A stretch of DNA of 64,000 bases from Eledone cirrhosa (taxonomy: Eukaryota), in contig OZ024752.1 of the NCBI GenBank assembly GCA_964016885.1, forward strand, positions 8,866,001 to 8,930,000, read 5' to 3'. The translations under genes were made by a program, and so were the position numbers. A model generated the notes under the pieces. That model did no database searches, was not told where the DNA came from, and saw nothing but the letters and a program-made list of their open reading frames with translations. Each line of letters opens with the position of its first letter. Position 1 is the stretch's first letter. This document shows, piece after piece, positions 31,948 through 45,400 of the stretch.

Positions 31948-32025
31948 ACCTCTACCATGGTTTCGTCCGCATTTTAAGATATCCGATAACATCGGGCATC
32001 TAGAGCACCGGACTCTTCAGGAAGT
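31948..32025 (-). ncRNA. Type I hammerhead ribozyme motif, canonical core
   Basis: Minus strand: acttc-CTGAAGA-gtccg[long loop containing ccgat-gtt-atcgg hairpin]cggac-GAAAC-CATG-GTA-gaggt. Helix II has the canonical G-C closing pair and helix III is the palindrome ACCAUGGU. Confidence 0.8.
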
Positions 32026-32609
32026 TAGCTCAAATTTAGACAATAAATTTTCCAAAGTGATTGCGCTAAGAATACATTCAAAAATGGCTAAGAATCGTGA
32101 CGTAGCAGCGGTCAGGTTAGAAAGAATGTGATTAGTTGCTTACGGCTGGTATTATACATGGTACCCTGTGACGACAAGTGCAGAGAGATCTCCAGATATA
32201 AAGCAATGCCTGTGCCGTGAAGCTTTTATAGTGAGCAAAGGCACTGCACAAAGCCAGTGCCACTCTCTTAACCAAGATGATATTTACCAAAAAGAAGAAC
32301 AAGTCAACATCATTGGATACCATCAGGGTGGCAGGTGTTATATCAGAGTTTTCCTTCTCCTAGAATTCTGCCTTGACAAAGGCGAAATGCTGACGTCATT
32401 TGGTCTCCAATGTTGCCTCCATCTTGAAACAACGAGTTAATAGATGCCAGAATATGATAGAGATATTGGATTGTCTAGAAATTGTAGCTAAGTCCTGTAC
32501 AACATATATATATATATAGACTGGTATATATACATATATATATATATACTGGCATATACACATATATAGCTAAGTCCTGAACGACACATATATATAGAGA
32601 TTGGCATAT

Positions 32610-32698
<89 letters not shown>

Positions 32699-32745
32699 TG
32701 TATGCCAGTATATATATATATATACTGGCATACAAACACACACAC

Positions 32746-32786
<41 letters not shown>

Positions 32787-32788
<2 letters not shown>

Positions 32789-32978
32789 GGAACAAGTAAG
32801 ACCCCGACGGCTGAGCTCAAGCCGTTTCGACGGCTAATTCTGTCCAGAATTAGCCGTTGAAACGGCTTGAGCTCAGCCGTCGGGGTCTTACTTGTTCCTA
32901 TTACCCACTCTACTACCCTAAGTATTGAGTACTTTGGTGCGTTATGGTCCACCTGGTTCCTTACCACATTTCCTTCGT

Positions 32979-32980
<2 letters not shown>
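32787..32980 (+). mobile_element. Fold-back mini-element in (TA)n, family C copy 4
   Basis: Centre aattctgtccagaatt. Flanked by TA. Confidence 0.78.
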
Positions 32981-33009
<29 letters not shown>

Positions 33010-33073
33010 TAGCATACACACATACACACTGATAAACACACACACACACATATATATATATATACTGGTATAT

Positions 33074-33159
<86 letters not shown>

Positions 33160-33574
33160 TGGTATACACACACATACACACTGGCACACACATACATACA
33201 TATAGCTACGTCCTGAACCACACACATACATACTGAACCATACACACACACACGGATACATACTAGCATACACACACGTGCATACATACACATATATACA
33301 CTGGCTCACACACGTATACATACTGGCGTACACTCGTACACACAGGCAGACAGACACACACACATATAAACATATTGATCAGAGATCAGAGATATAGATA
33401 TATAGATATATCAAAAAGACATCATGGCGGTATAGATTATTGATGACGTCACAGCATCTTAATCTGTTGAGTCACATCATATCTCCCTTAACAATCTTCC
33501 GGGGAAACGACTTCTCCATCCTGTCCCCCGGGGCCGCGGGGCGGCCAGCAGTGGGACTCCGTTTGCTCACCATA

Positions 33575-35808
33575 CAGAGAGATGAGGAGGGCGAGAGAGA
33601 TGGAGACGATGACAGTGGGAGTTTGGCTCCTCTGTGTTCGGACCTGGTGTACATGAGAGAGATGAGGAGGGCGAGAGAGATGAGGAGGGCGAGAGAGATG
33701 GAGGCGATGACAGTGAGAGTTTGGCTCCTCTGTGTTCGGACCTGGTGTACATGAGAGAGATGAGGGGGGCGAGAGAGATGGAGGCGATGACAGTGGGAGT
33801 TTGGCTCCTCTGTGTTCGGACCTGGTGTACATGAGAGAGATGAGGAGGGCGAGAGAGATGGAGGCGATGACAGTGGGAGTTTGGCTCCTCTGTTCTGACC
33901 TGGTGTACATGAGAGAGATGGGGAGGGCGAGAGAGATGGAGGCGATGACAGTGGGAGTTTGGCTCCTCTGTTCTGACCTGGTGTACATGAGAGAGATGGG
34001 GAGGGCGAGAGAGATAGAGGCGATGACAGTGGGAGTTTGGCTCCTCTGTTCTGACCTGGTGTACATGAGAGAGATGGGGAGGGCGAGAGAGATGGAGGCG
34101 ATGACAGTGGGAGTTTGGCTCCTCTGTGTTCCGACCTGGTGTACATGAGAGAGATGGAGAGGGCAAGAGAGATGGGGAGGGCGAGAGAGATGGAGGCGAT
34201 GACAGTGGGAGTTTGGCTCCTCTGTGTTCCGACCTGGTGTACATGAGAGAGATGAGGAGGGCGAGAGAGATGGAGGCGATGACAGTGGGAGTTTGGCTCC
34301 TCTGTGTTCCGACCTGGTGTACATGAGAGAGATGGAGAGGGCAAGAGAGATGAGGAGGGCGAGAGAGATGGAGGCGATGACAGTGGGAGTTTGGCTCCTC
34401 TGTTCTGACCTGGTGTACATGAGAGAGATGGGGAGGGCGAGAGAGATGGAGGCGATGACAGTGGGAGTTTGGCTCCTCTGTGTTCCGACCTGGTGTACAT
34501 GAGAGAGATGAGGAGGGCGAAAGAGATGGAGGCGATGACAGTGGGAGTTTGGCTCCTCTGTGTTCCGACCTGGTGTATGTGAGAGAGATGAGGAGGGCGA
34601 GAGAGATGGAGGCGATGAAAGTGAGAGTTTGGCTCCTCTGTGTTCGGACCTGGTGTACATGAGAGAGATGGAGAGGGCGAGAGAGATGGAGGCGATGACA
34701 GTGGGAGTTTGGCTCCTCTGTGTTCGGACCTGGTGTACATGAGAGAGATGGAGATGGCAAGAGAGATGGAGGCGATGACAGTGGGAGTTTGGCTCCTCTG
34801 TGTTCGGACCTGGTGTATGTGAGAGAGATGAGGAGGGCGAGAGAGATGGAGGCGATGACAGTGGGAGTTTGGCTCCTCTGTGTTCCGACCTGGTGTACAT
34901 GAGAGAGATGAGGAGGGCGAGAGAGATGGAGGCGATGACAGTGGGAGTTTGGCTCCTCTGTGTTCGGACCTGGTGTACATGAGAGAGATGGGGAGGGCGA
35001 GAGAGATGGAGGCGATGACAGTGGGAGTTCGGCTCCTCTGTGTTCCGATCTGGTGTACATGAGAGAGATGAGGAGGGCGAGAGAGATGGAGGCGATGACA
35101 GTGGGAGTTTGGCTCCTCTGTGTTCGGACCTGGTGTACATGAGAGAGATGGGGAGGGCGAGAGAGATGGAGGCGATGACAGTGGGAGTTTGGCTCCTCTG
35201 TGTTCCGATCTGGTGTACATGAGAGAGATGGAGAGGGCAAGAGAGATGAGGAGGGCGAGAGAGATGGAGGCGATGACAGTGGGAGTTTGGCTCCTCTGTG
35301 TTCCGATCTGGTGTACATGAGAGAGATGAGGAGGGCGAGAGAGATGAGGAGGGCGAGAGAGATGGAGGCGATGACAGTGGGAGTTTGGCTCCTCTGTGTT
35401 CCGACCTGGTGTACATGAGAGAGATGAGGAGGGCGAGAGAGATGGAGGCGATGACAGTGGGAGTTTGGCTCCTCTGTGTTCCGATCTGGTGTATGTGAGA
35501 GATGGGGAGGGCGAGAGAGATGGAGGCGATGACAGTGGGAGTTTGGCTCCTCTGTGTTCCGATCTGGTGTATGTGAGAGATGGGGAGGGCGAGAGAGATG
35601 GAGGCGATGACAGTGGGAGTTTGGCTCCTCTGTGTTCCGATCTGGTGTACATGAGAGAGATGGGGAGGGCGAGAGAGATGGAGGCGATGACAGTGGGAGT
35701 TTGGCTCCTCTGTGTTCCGATCTGGTGTACATGAGAGAGATGGAGAGGGCGAGAGAGATGGAGGCGATGACAGTGGGAGTTTGGCTCCTCTGTGTTCCGA
35801 TCTGGTGT
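33575..35808. repeat. ~80-bp minisatellite (78/80/98-bp variants), ~27 copies
   Basis: Unit gagagagatgRggagggcgagagagatggaggcgatgacagtgggagtttggctcctctgtgttccgacctggtgtacat. Confidence 0.95.
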
Positions 35809-36077
35809 GCAGCATCAGTTGTCCGCAAGGAGGTAAAAGTGACATGGTTCCCCCGTCTTTTCGTTGTCTGACGTCTGTAATCAGCAATTACTTCATTATT
35901 AACATATAATTGTTTCTACTTTTGGCACAAGGCTAGCAATTACCCAGTGTATTACTGGTACTTTATTTTATCGACCCTGTAAGGATGAAAGATAAAGTTA
36001 TATTAACATATAATAACATTTGTTAGATTCTACACTTCTTGTTCAATATATCATTTGTTGTCATATGTAAGGAAGAA

Positions 36078-36078
36078 T

Positions 36079-36109
<31 letters not shown>

Positions 36110-36485
36110 GCACACATACTCGCACACACACACTCACACACACACATTGTGTGAGAACATATAAAGAAATACACACACATATACACACATTGTGTAAGAA
36201 CATATAGAGAAACATAGACACACACACACACACACACATTGTGTGAGAACATATAAAGAAATACACACACATATACACACATTGTGTAAGAACATATAGA
36301 GAAACATAGACACACACACACACACACACATTGTGTGAGAACATATAAAGAAATACACACACATATACACACATTGTGTAAGAACATATAGAGAAACATA
36401 GACACACACACACACACACACATTGTGTGAGAACATATAAAGAAATACACACACATATACACACATTGTGTAAGAACATATAGAG

Positions 36486-36541
<56 letters not shown>

Positions 36542-36585
36542 ACACACACATTGTGTGAGAACGTATAAAGAAATACTCACACACA
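36078..36585. repeat. ~121-bp compound CA-rich tandem repeat
   Basis: (CA)n-ttgtgtgagaacatataaagaaatacac...ttgtgtaagaacatatagagaaac repeated about 4 times. Confidence 0.85.
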
Positions 36586-37865
36586 CTCACATATATATAT
36601 AACATTAATTGGAAACGTTTGAAGTAATAAGTGTGAATGAATTTTCATAGATTGTAGGATTCAATTTCGCCAATATGGGAAAGTCTTTATATGGGCATTG
36701 CTCGACTACCCTTAACTTATTCTTTAGCACGCTGGAGGTGACAAAGTGCACCATAGAGTAATCGCCCTTTAATATATAATTGTTTCTACTTTTGACACAA
36801 GGCCAGTAATTACCCCAAGTGCGTTACTGGTACTTTATTTTGTCGACCCCGTAAGGATGAAAGGCAAAGTTGACATCGACGGGATTTGAACTCAGACCGT
36901 AAAGGGACGTAACTGTGCTAGAAATCCCGCCGAGGTTAACTTTGCTTTACGGGATCGATAAAATAAAGTACCAGTAATGCATTGGGGTCGATTTAATCGA
37001 CTTTCCCCTCCCCCAAAATTGCTGGCCTTTTGCCTATATTAGAAATCATTATTTAAAATCTCCTAGGGTGGTTGATTATCAGTGTCGGTAGAGCGTCAGA
37101 CAACATGCTTTTCAGCATAGAGTTACGGCCCTTTATGTTCTGAGTTCAAATCCCGAGGTTAACTTTGCCTTTCATATTTACGGGGTCAATAAAATATAGT
37201 ACCTGTAATACATTGGGGGTAATTGCTGGCCTTGTGTCAAAAGTAGAAATAATTATATATTAAAGGGCGATTACTCTATGGTGCACTTTGTCACCTCCAG
37301 CGTGCTAAAGAATAAGTTAAGGGTAGTGGAGCAATGCCCATATAAAGACTTCCCCATATTGGCGAAATTGAATCCTACAATCTATGAAAATTAGAAACAA
37401 TTATTTAAAATCTCATTTTCCCCCGTTTTGGGGCTACTTTTTTGTCATGGTACTCCCCGTTTGTGTTTTTAGAGGTTGGCAGGTTTGTAGAAATCTCATA
37501 TTTCCTGCCTCCCCCAACATACACCGACCACCACACCAACCAATATTCACACCCTAATCCCATTCCATGGTTCAAACACTTTTAGTCCTTTACTTTAGTT
37601 AATGTCACACAAAATATTTACAAGGTTGTGTAAATATTATCATTTTAACACATACATAAGAAAAAGGGGGAAGTGGAGGAGGAGGGGAGGAATGGGTGAA
37701 AGAGGAGGAGGAGGGGGTGAAGAAGAAGGAGGTGGAAAAAGAGATACAGAAGATGGAGGAGAAGGAGGAGGAGGTGAGAGAGAGAAGGTGGAGGAGGAGG
37801 TGACGGAGAAATGGAGGAGGAGTGAAGGAGAAGACACAATAACATAAACGTTATTTCTATATATA

Positions 37866-38138
37866 CAGTTGTCCCCCGGTATTCGCGGGGTTTACGACCC
37901 TAAAACACCCGCGATGAGTGAAAAACCGCGAATATTGGACGTGGTCCATAAAAATGCCTGTAAACGTCAAAATATAACGTAAAATATAGGCCAGCAAATA
38001 CGGTATATTGTTATTAATAATTTAGCGTTAAAAAGTGGGAGGAAATATATATTGCCACGAAAAAAAGCCATTAAAAAATCGCGGAAGATATTTACGATTC
38101 CGCGAATAACCGGGACCTTGAATGCTGGGGGTACACTG
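37866..38138. mobile_element. pogo/Tigger-like MITE (truncated relative at ~47997-48110)
   Basis: TA|cagttgtcccccggtattc ... gaatgctgggggtacactg|TA with subterminal cgcgaata motifs. Confidence 0.7.
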
Positions 38139-38239
38139 TATATATAATAACTCACAGGCAAAGAGAATGAGAGAAATACCATTCTGGTAGGGGAGAACAA
38201 TGTTAACGACATCGCCTACATTGTAGTCTTAACTCCAGA

Positions 38240-38460
38240 TACTTTCAATATATCTTCTTTGCTGGACGAGACCGGGGTTATCATAAGCCAGCGATCCCAG
38301 AGCATCTTCGTGCATAGAGCTCACCAAGTCCACAAGCGCCCTCCATCGCTGGCGGTCCCGTACCAGCTCCTCTGCATCCTCCAAGGTGATGTCAAGCCTC
38401 CGGAGATCTTCCCTGGTGATATCCAGCCATCTAGTGCGAGGCGGGGTCTGTCGTGGGTCC
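38240..38460 (-). mobile_element. RTE-clade LINE 3' relic
   Basis: PRTRWLDITREDLRRLDITLEDAEELVRDRQRWRALV, typical of the RTE ORF C-terminus. Confidence 0.7.
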
Positions 38461-39156
38461 TCTTTCAGCCAGCAGCCGCTCCGTTGAACGAGAGAGAATA
38501 CATCAGCAATGCTGCCATAGTTACTACCTACGTCTCTCTCACTCTTCCTATCTCTCACTATTATAAGCAAACGGGGACCCACGTCCTGGCCGTCCCGTGG
38601 CCCCGGGCGGACAGAATAGAGGCGGCGTTTCCCCGGAGGATGGTGAGGGAGACGTGTTGGAAGAACCATTCCAGCTCACGAGGCTCACACCTGCGGGTAA
38701 CCAGCTTCGTGCCTATGGTGGGGAGTAGGGAGGTGGTTCTAGGGCCAAGGACACCAGAAGTCTCTACTGCAAACCTGTGAGAGAGCGACCGATATTTGAT
38801 TTTCTGCCCAAAGTGCAGAAAATCCTGGGTTAGTCGCAGACTGCACCAGGTAGCCGCTGAGTTATGTCCCTTTACGCTCTGGCTCTCAAATCCTATGAAT
38901 GTCGATTTTACCGTTGATCCTTCTGGAACTCGAGTAAATAATTTGATCAATTTAATCGATAATTAAAAACAAAACGCCCTATGTTAGAAAATTCAAATTT
39001 TCAACGAGTAAAAGATGGAAACTTTACCTGGTCACTCAATCTGCTAGAAATAACAGCCAAATCTCCATCATATCATATAGTTACTCTCCTTTTTGAAAGG
39101 AAGGACTTTTTAAATAATGTTTCTCAATATATCATCATTTGAAGAAAGTTGAAATA

Positions 39157-39662
39157 ACAAGATGAATTGATCTGGGTTTAAACAACAAGATGGATTGATC
39201 TGGGTTTAAACAACAAGATGGATTGATCTGGGTTTATTCAACAAGATGGATTGATCTGGGTTTATTCAACAAGATGGATTGATCTGGGTTTATTCAACAA
39301 GATGGATTGATCTGGGTTTATTCAACAAGATGGAATGATCTGGGTTTATACAACAAGATGGATTGATCTGGGTTTATTCAACAAGATGGATTGATCTGGG
39401 TTTATTCAACAAGATGGATTGATCTGGGTTTATACAACAAGATGGATTGATCTGGGTTTATTCAACAAGATGGATTGATCTGGGTTTATTCAACAAGATG
39501 GATTGATCTGGGTTTATTCAACAAGATGGATTGATCTGGGTTTAAACAACAAGATGGATTGATCTGGGTTTAAACAACCAGATGGATTGATCTGCGTTTA
39601 AACAACTAGATGGATTGATCAGGGTTTAAATAACAAGATGGATTGATCTGGGTTTAAACAAC
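39157..39662. repeat. 27-bp minisatellite, ~19 copies
   Basis: Unit caacaagatggattgatctgggtttaWW. Confidence 0.95.
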
Positions 39663-40338
39663 TAATACAAATAATATTAAAGGAGGGTGAGACGGGAAAG
39701 AACGAAATAAAGAAAGAAGGAAGGAAAAAGAACGAAAGAAAGAGGGAAGGGAAGAACGAAATAAAGAAGGAAAGAAAGACCGGGAGGAAAGAACGAAAGA
39801 AAGGAATAAATAAATAAAGATATATATAAAAAGAAAGAATTTATGAAAGAAAGACAGACGGAAAAAATAAATAAATAAATAATTGTTTCTACTTTTGGTA
39901 CAAGGCCAGCAATTATCCAGTACATTACTGGTACTTTATTTTATCGACCCTGTAAGGATGAAAGGCAAAGTTGACCTCGGCGGGATTTGAACTCAGGATG
40001 GAAAGGGAAATAAATAATTGTTTCTACTTTAGGCACAAGGCCAGCAATTACCCAGTGCATTACTGGTACTTTATTTTATCGACCCCGTAAGGGAAAAAAA
40101 TAATGATATATAAAAAGAAGGAAATAAAGAAAGAAAGAACGAAAGAAGAAAAGACAGGAATAAATAAATAAATATATATATATATATATATATGCAAAAG
40201 TTCTATTTAAAATATATCAGTTATAAAAATATTTACAACAAGTAAATATTTTTATAACTGATATAAAGCACTCGACAAGTATTTGGAGTAGATATACGAT
40301 ATTAATAAATGGAAACTATATTTATAAAACCATATTTA

Positions 40339-40399
40339 TTTCATTATACATATTTCAGAGATACCAAATTAAATTATGGTATGCCTTCATCAGACAAAA
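40339..40399 (-). ncRNA. Hammerhead ribozyme motif (family A), left arm of palindrome
   Basis: ttttgt-CTGATGA-aggcatacca(taatttaatt)tggtatctct-GAAAT-atgt-ATA-atgaaa. Confidence 0.7.
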
Positions 40400-40675
40400 T
40401 ACAATATATAACAGTTTTACAAATAAGCGTTGACGTACCCTATTAAAATACAACCATTGTTTTTGGAAGTAATCCGGATAGTGATTTGTTTATATTACTT
40501 TAATAAGTCATAGTGTTAAGGACAATTAGAAAGGGACGTCCTTTTCTAATTGTCCTTAACACTATGACTTATTAAAGTAATATAAACAAATCACTATCCG
40601 GATTACTTCCAAAAACAATGGTTGTATTTTAATAGGGTACGTCAACGCTTATTTGTAAAACTGTTATATATTGTA

Positions 40676-40736
40676 TTTTGTCTGATGAAGGCATACCATA
40701 ATTTAATTTGGTATCCCTGAAATATGTATAATGAAA
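40676..40736 (+). ncRNA. Hammerhead ribozyme motif (family A), right arm of palindrome
   Basis: ttttgt-CTGATGA-aggcatacca(taatttaatt)tggtatccct-GAAAT-atgt-ATA-atgaaa. Shows compensatory changes relative to the 1233 copy. Confidence 0.75.
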
Positions 40737-41404
40737 TAAATATGGTTTTATAAATATAGTTTCTATTTATTAATATCGTATATATATATATAAAAAGAAG
40801 GAAAGAACGAAATAGATGAATAAATAAATAAATAAAAGAGGAGGACAGTAAAAAGTCTTTTGACAAGGTAAAAGGTAAGGTTGATATTTATTAATTTGTG
40901 GAAAGGTGAATAGATTGGACTAAGTTAACTCACTAGCTCACCTGTACTTGATTAAGTGTTAGGACAGGTGATAAAAGGTAGAAAAACATGATAAAATAGC
41001 TCTGAAAGCATAAAGAAATAAAATGAATGAAGAGATATTTTCACACCTTTCAACAGGATAATTACCTTTTCGTAGACTTACCTGTACAAAAGGTATTTAG
41101 AATACACAAATATATATTTCTTAAACAATCTTGTAAGGAGACAAAAAGATGAAACTATTTAAGAACAGTGCTGTGTGTGTGTATATATAAATATAAAGAG
41201 AGAGGTGTGTGTGTATGTACTTATATATAGAGGTGTGTGTATGTATGTATGTATATATATTTATATATACACGTATATATAGAGGTATGTGTGTATGTAC
41301 ATATATATATATATATATACTTATATATAGGTGTGTGTGTATATATATATATATACTTATATATAGAGGTGTGTGTGTGTGTGTGTGTATGTGTGTATGT
41401 ATAT

Positions 41405-41435
<31 letters not shown>

Positions 41436-42019
41436 CATATAGAGAGAGGGATGTGTGTATATATATATAACCTCGGCGGGATTTGAACTCAGATCATAAA
41501 GGGCCGTAACTCTATGCTACAAAGCATGGCGTCCGACTCTCTACCGATTCTGCCAATCCACCGCCCTTGTTTCTACTTTTGGCACAAGCCAGCAATTACC
41601 CCAGTGCATTACTGGTACTTTATTTTATCGACCCCGTAAGGATGAAAGGCAAAGTTAACCTCGGCAGATTTGAACTCAGTCCGTAAAGGGACGTAACTCT
41701 GTGCTGCAAAGCATGGCGTCCGACCCTCTACCGATACTGCCAATCCAACGCAATAATGCTTGCCCATAATAGGGTGGTGGGCTGGTAGTATCAATGGAGC
41801 TTCAGGCACCCTGCTTTGTGGCATAGAGTTACGACTCTTTACAGCCTGAGTTCAAATCTCGCCGAGGTTAGCTTTGCCTTTCATCCTTACAGGGTCGATA
41901 AAATAAAGTATCAGTAATGCATTGGGGTCGATTAAATCGACTTTCGCGTCCCCCGAAAGTGTTGGTCTTGTGCCTAAATCAGAAACCAATATTTGCCCAT
42001 AATATCATTTTCTTCTGTT

Positions 42020-42420
42020 CAGTTTTAGAACCGTCTGGGTTGTCCAGAATTGATGAGAAAAGGCCTGACGGTCTTACCCTGTGCCCTTGGATAAGAGGCA
42101 TGTGTCTTATCTGGGATGTCAGTGCTTCTTGCTTCTCCTGGATGCTGCGGTTAGGGCGAGAGCTACAGCTTCTGTAGCCGAATGAAATAAAATTCTGAAA
42201 TAGCAAGATCTGTTGGTGAACTACCTTTTCCAGCCTGTGGCGTTTGAGATGTTTGGGGAGTTGGGCTGCTAACTTCAAGATTTTGTCATCACTCGCGGCT
42301 CACCTAACCGAGGAAACTGGTGATGCTCATGAAGGTGCTTGGCTGTTTCAGCACATTAGCCTCGCCATCACCTGAGGTAACGCTACGAGTAAGCTGGCTT
42401 GCCTCAAAAATTATTAGAGA
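42020..42420 (+). mobile_element. CRE-like (restriction-like endonuclease) non-LTR retrotransposon 3' relic
   Basis: [31 protein letters not shown] ... FQPVAFE ... WLFQHISLAIT*GNATS, containing the RPD endonuclease motif and the FQxxSxAxxRGNA terminus. Confidence 0.75.
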
Positions 42421-42490
42421 GGTTTTCCAGTGCTCCTTGCAATATTGTTATCTCTTGCTCTGGTAGTAGCTCGTTTGTCCACCCTTTCGC

Positions 42491-45400
42491 CTGCTGGTGT
42501 GTTGTATGTGGTCCTAGATGTGTGTATTACCTGCTGATGTGTTATATGTGGTCCTAGATGTGTGTATTACCTGCTGGTGTGTTGTATGTGGTCCCAGGTG
42601 TGTGTATTACCTGCTTGTGTGTTGTATGTGGTCCTAGATGCGTGTATTACCTGCTTGTGTGTTGTATGTGGTCCTAGATGTATGTATTACCTGCTGGTGT
42701 GTTGTATGTGGTCCTAGATGTATGTATTACCTGCTGGTGTGTTGTATGTGGTCCTAGATGTGTATTACCTGCTTGTGTGTTGTATGTGGTCCTAGATGTG
42801 TGTATTACCTGCTTGTGTGTTGTATGTGGTCCTAGATGTGTGTATTACCTGCTTGTGCGTTGTATGTGGTCCTAGATGTATGTATTACCTACTGGTGCGT
42901 TGTATGTGGTCCTAGATATGTGTATTACCTACTGGTGTGTTGTATGTGGTCCTAGATGTATGTATTACCTACTGGTGTGTTGTATGTGGTCCTAGATGTA
43001 TGTATTACCTACTGGTGCGTTGTATGTGGTCCTAGATGTATGTATTACCTACTGGTGCGTTGTATGTGGTCCTAGATGTGTATATTACCTGCTGGTGTGT
43101 TGTATGTGGTCCTAGATGTGTGTATTACCTGCTTGTATGTTGTATGTGGTCCTAGATGTATGTATTACCTGCTTGTGCGTTGTATGTGGTCCTAGATGTG
43201 TGTATTACTTACTGGTGCGTTGTATGTGGTCCTAGATGTATGTATTACCTGCTTGTGTGTTGTATGTGGTCCTAGATGTGTGTATTACCTGCTTGTGCGT
43301 TGTATGTGGTCCTAGATGTGTGTATTACCTACTGGTGCGTTGTATGTGGTCCTAGATGTATGTATTACCTACTGGTGCGTTGTATGTGGTCCTAGATGTA
43401 TGTATTACCTGCTGGTGTGTTGTATGTGGTCCTAGATGTATGTATTACCTGCTGGTGTGTTGTATGTGGTCCTAGATGTATGTATTACCTGCTGGTGTGT
43501 TGTATGTGGTCCTAGATGTGTGTATTACCTGCTGGTGTGTTGTATGTGGTCCTAGATGTGTGTATTACCTGGTGGTGTGTTGTATGTGGTCCTAGATGTA
43601 TGTATTACCTGCTGGTGTGTTGTATGTGGTCTTAGATGTGTGTATTACCTGGTGGTGTGTTGTATGTGGTCCTAGATGTGTGCATTACCTGCTTGTGTGT
43701 TGTATGTGGTCCTAGATGTGTGTATTACCTGCTGATGTGTTATATGTGGTCCTAGAGGTATGTATTACCTGCTGGTGTGTTGTATGTGGTCCTAGATGTA
43801 TGTATTACCTGCTGGTGTGTTGTATGTGGTCCTAGATGTATGTATTACCTGCTGGTGTGTTGTATGTGGTCCTAGATGTGTATTACCTGCTTGTGTGTTG
43901 TATGTGGTCCTAGATGTGTGTATTACCTAATTGTGTGTTGTATGTGGTCCTAGATGTGTGTATTACCTGCTTGTGCGTTGTATGTGGTCCTAGATGTATG
44001 TATTACCTACTGGTGCGTTGTATGTGGTCCTAGATATGTGTATTACCTACTGGTGTGTTGTATGTGGTCCTAGATGTATGTATTACCTACTGGTGTGTTG
44101 TATGTGGTCCTAGATGTATGTATTACCTACTGGTGCGTTGTATGTGGCCCTAGATGTATGTATTACCTACTGGTGCGTTGTATGTGGTCCTAGATGTGTA
44201 TATTACCTGCTGGTGTGTTGTATGTGGTCCTAGATGTGTGTATTACCTGCTTGTATGTTGTATGTGGTCCTAGATGTATGTATTACCTGCTTGTGCGTTG
44301 TATGTGGTCCTAGATGTGTGTATTACTTACTGGTGCGTTGTATGTGGTCCTAGATGTATGTATTACCTGCTTGTGTGTTGTATGTGGTCCTAGATGTGTG
44401 TATTACCTGCTTGTGCGTTGTATGTGGTCCTAGATGTGTGTATTACCTACTGGTGCGTTGTATGTGGTCCTAGATGTATGTATTACCTACTGGTGCGTTG
44501 TATGTGGTCCTAGATGTATGTATTACCTGCTGGTGTGTTGTATGTGGTCCTAGATGTATGTATTACCTGCTGGTGTGTTGTATGTGGTCCTAGATGTATG
44601 TATTACCTGCTGGTGTGTTGTATGTGGTCCTAGATGTGTGTATTACCTGCTGGTGTGTTGTATGTGGTCCTAGATGTGTGTATTACCTGGTGGTGTGTTG
44701 TATGTGGTCCTAGATGTATGTATTACCTGCTGGTGTGTTGTATGTGGTCTTAGATGTGTGTATTACCTGGTGGTGTGTTGTATGTGGTCCTAGATGTGTG
44801 CATTACCTGCTTGTGTGTTGTATGTGGTCCTAGATGTGTGTATTACCTGCTGATGTGTTATATGTGGTCCTAGAGGTATGTATTACCTGCTGGTGTGTTG
44901 TATGTGGTCCTAGATGTGTGTATTACCTGGTGGTGTGTTGTATGTGGTCCTAGATGTGTGTATTACCTGCTGGTGTGTTGTATGTGGTCCTAGATGTGTG
45001 TATTACCTGATTGTGTGTTGTATGTGGTCCTAGATGTGTGTATTACCTGCTGATGTGTTATATGTGGTCCTAGATGTATGTATTACCTGCTGGTGTGTTG
45101 TATGTGGTCCTAGATGTGTATATTACCTGCTTGCGTGTTGTATGTGGTCCTAGATGTATGTATTACCTGCTGGTGTGTTGTATGTGGTCCTAGATGTATG
45201 TATTACCTGCTGGTGTGTTGTATGTGGTCCTAGATATATGTATAACCTGCTGGTGTGGTGTATGTGGTCCTAGATGTGTGTATTACCTGCTTGTGTGTTT
45301 TATGTGGTCCTAGATGTATGTATTACCTGCTGGTGTGTTGTATGTGGTCCTAGATGTATGTATTACCTGCTGGTGTGTTGTATGTGGTCCTAGATGTGTG

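Noticed and set aside
31940-32130. CpG-rich segment as promoter/first exon (ATG..AG|GTAACT on minus)
   Set aside because: Better explained by a complete hammerhead fold, and no downstream exons were found.
33472-35887. 726-799 aa ORFs in three minus-strand frames
   Set aside because: Read-through of an 80-bp satellite whose unit is not a multiple of 3. All three frames cycle the same peptides.
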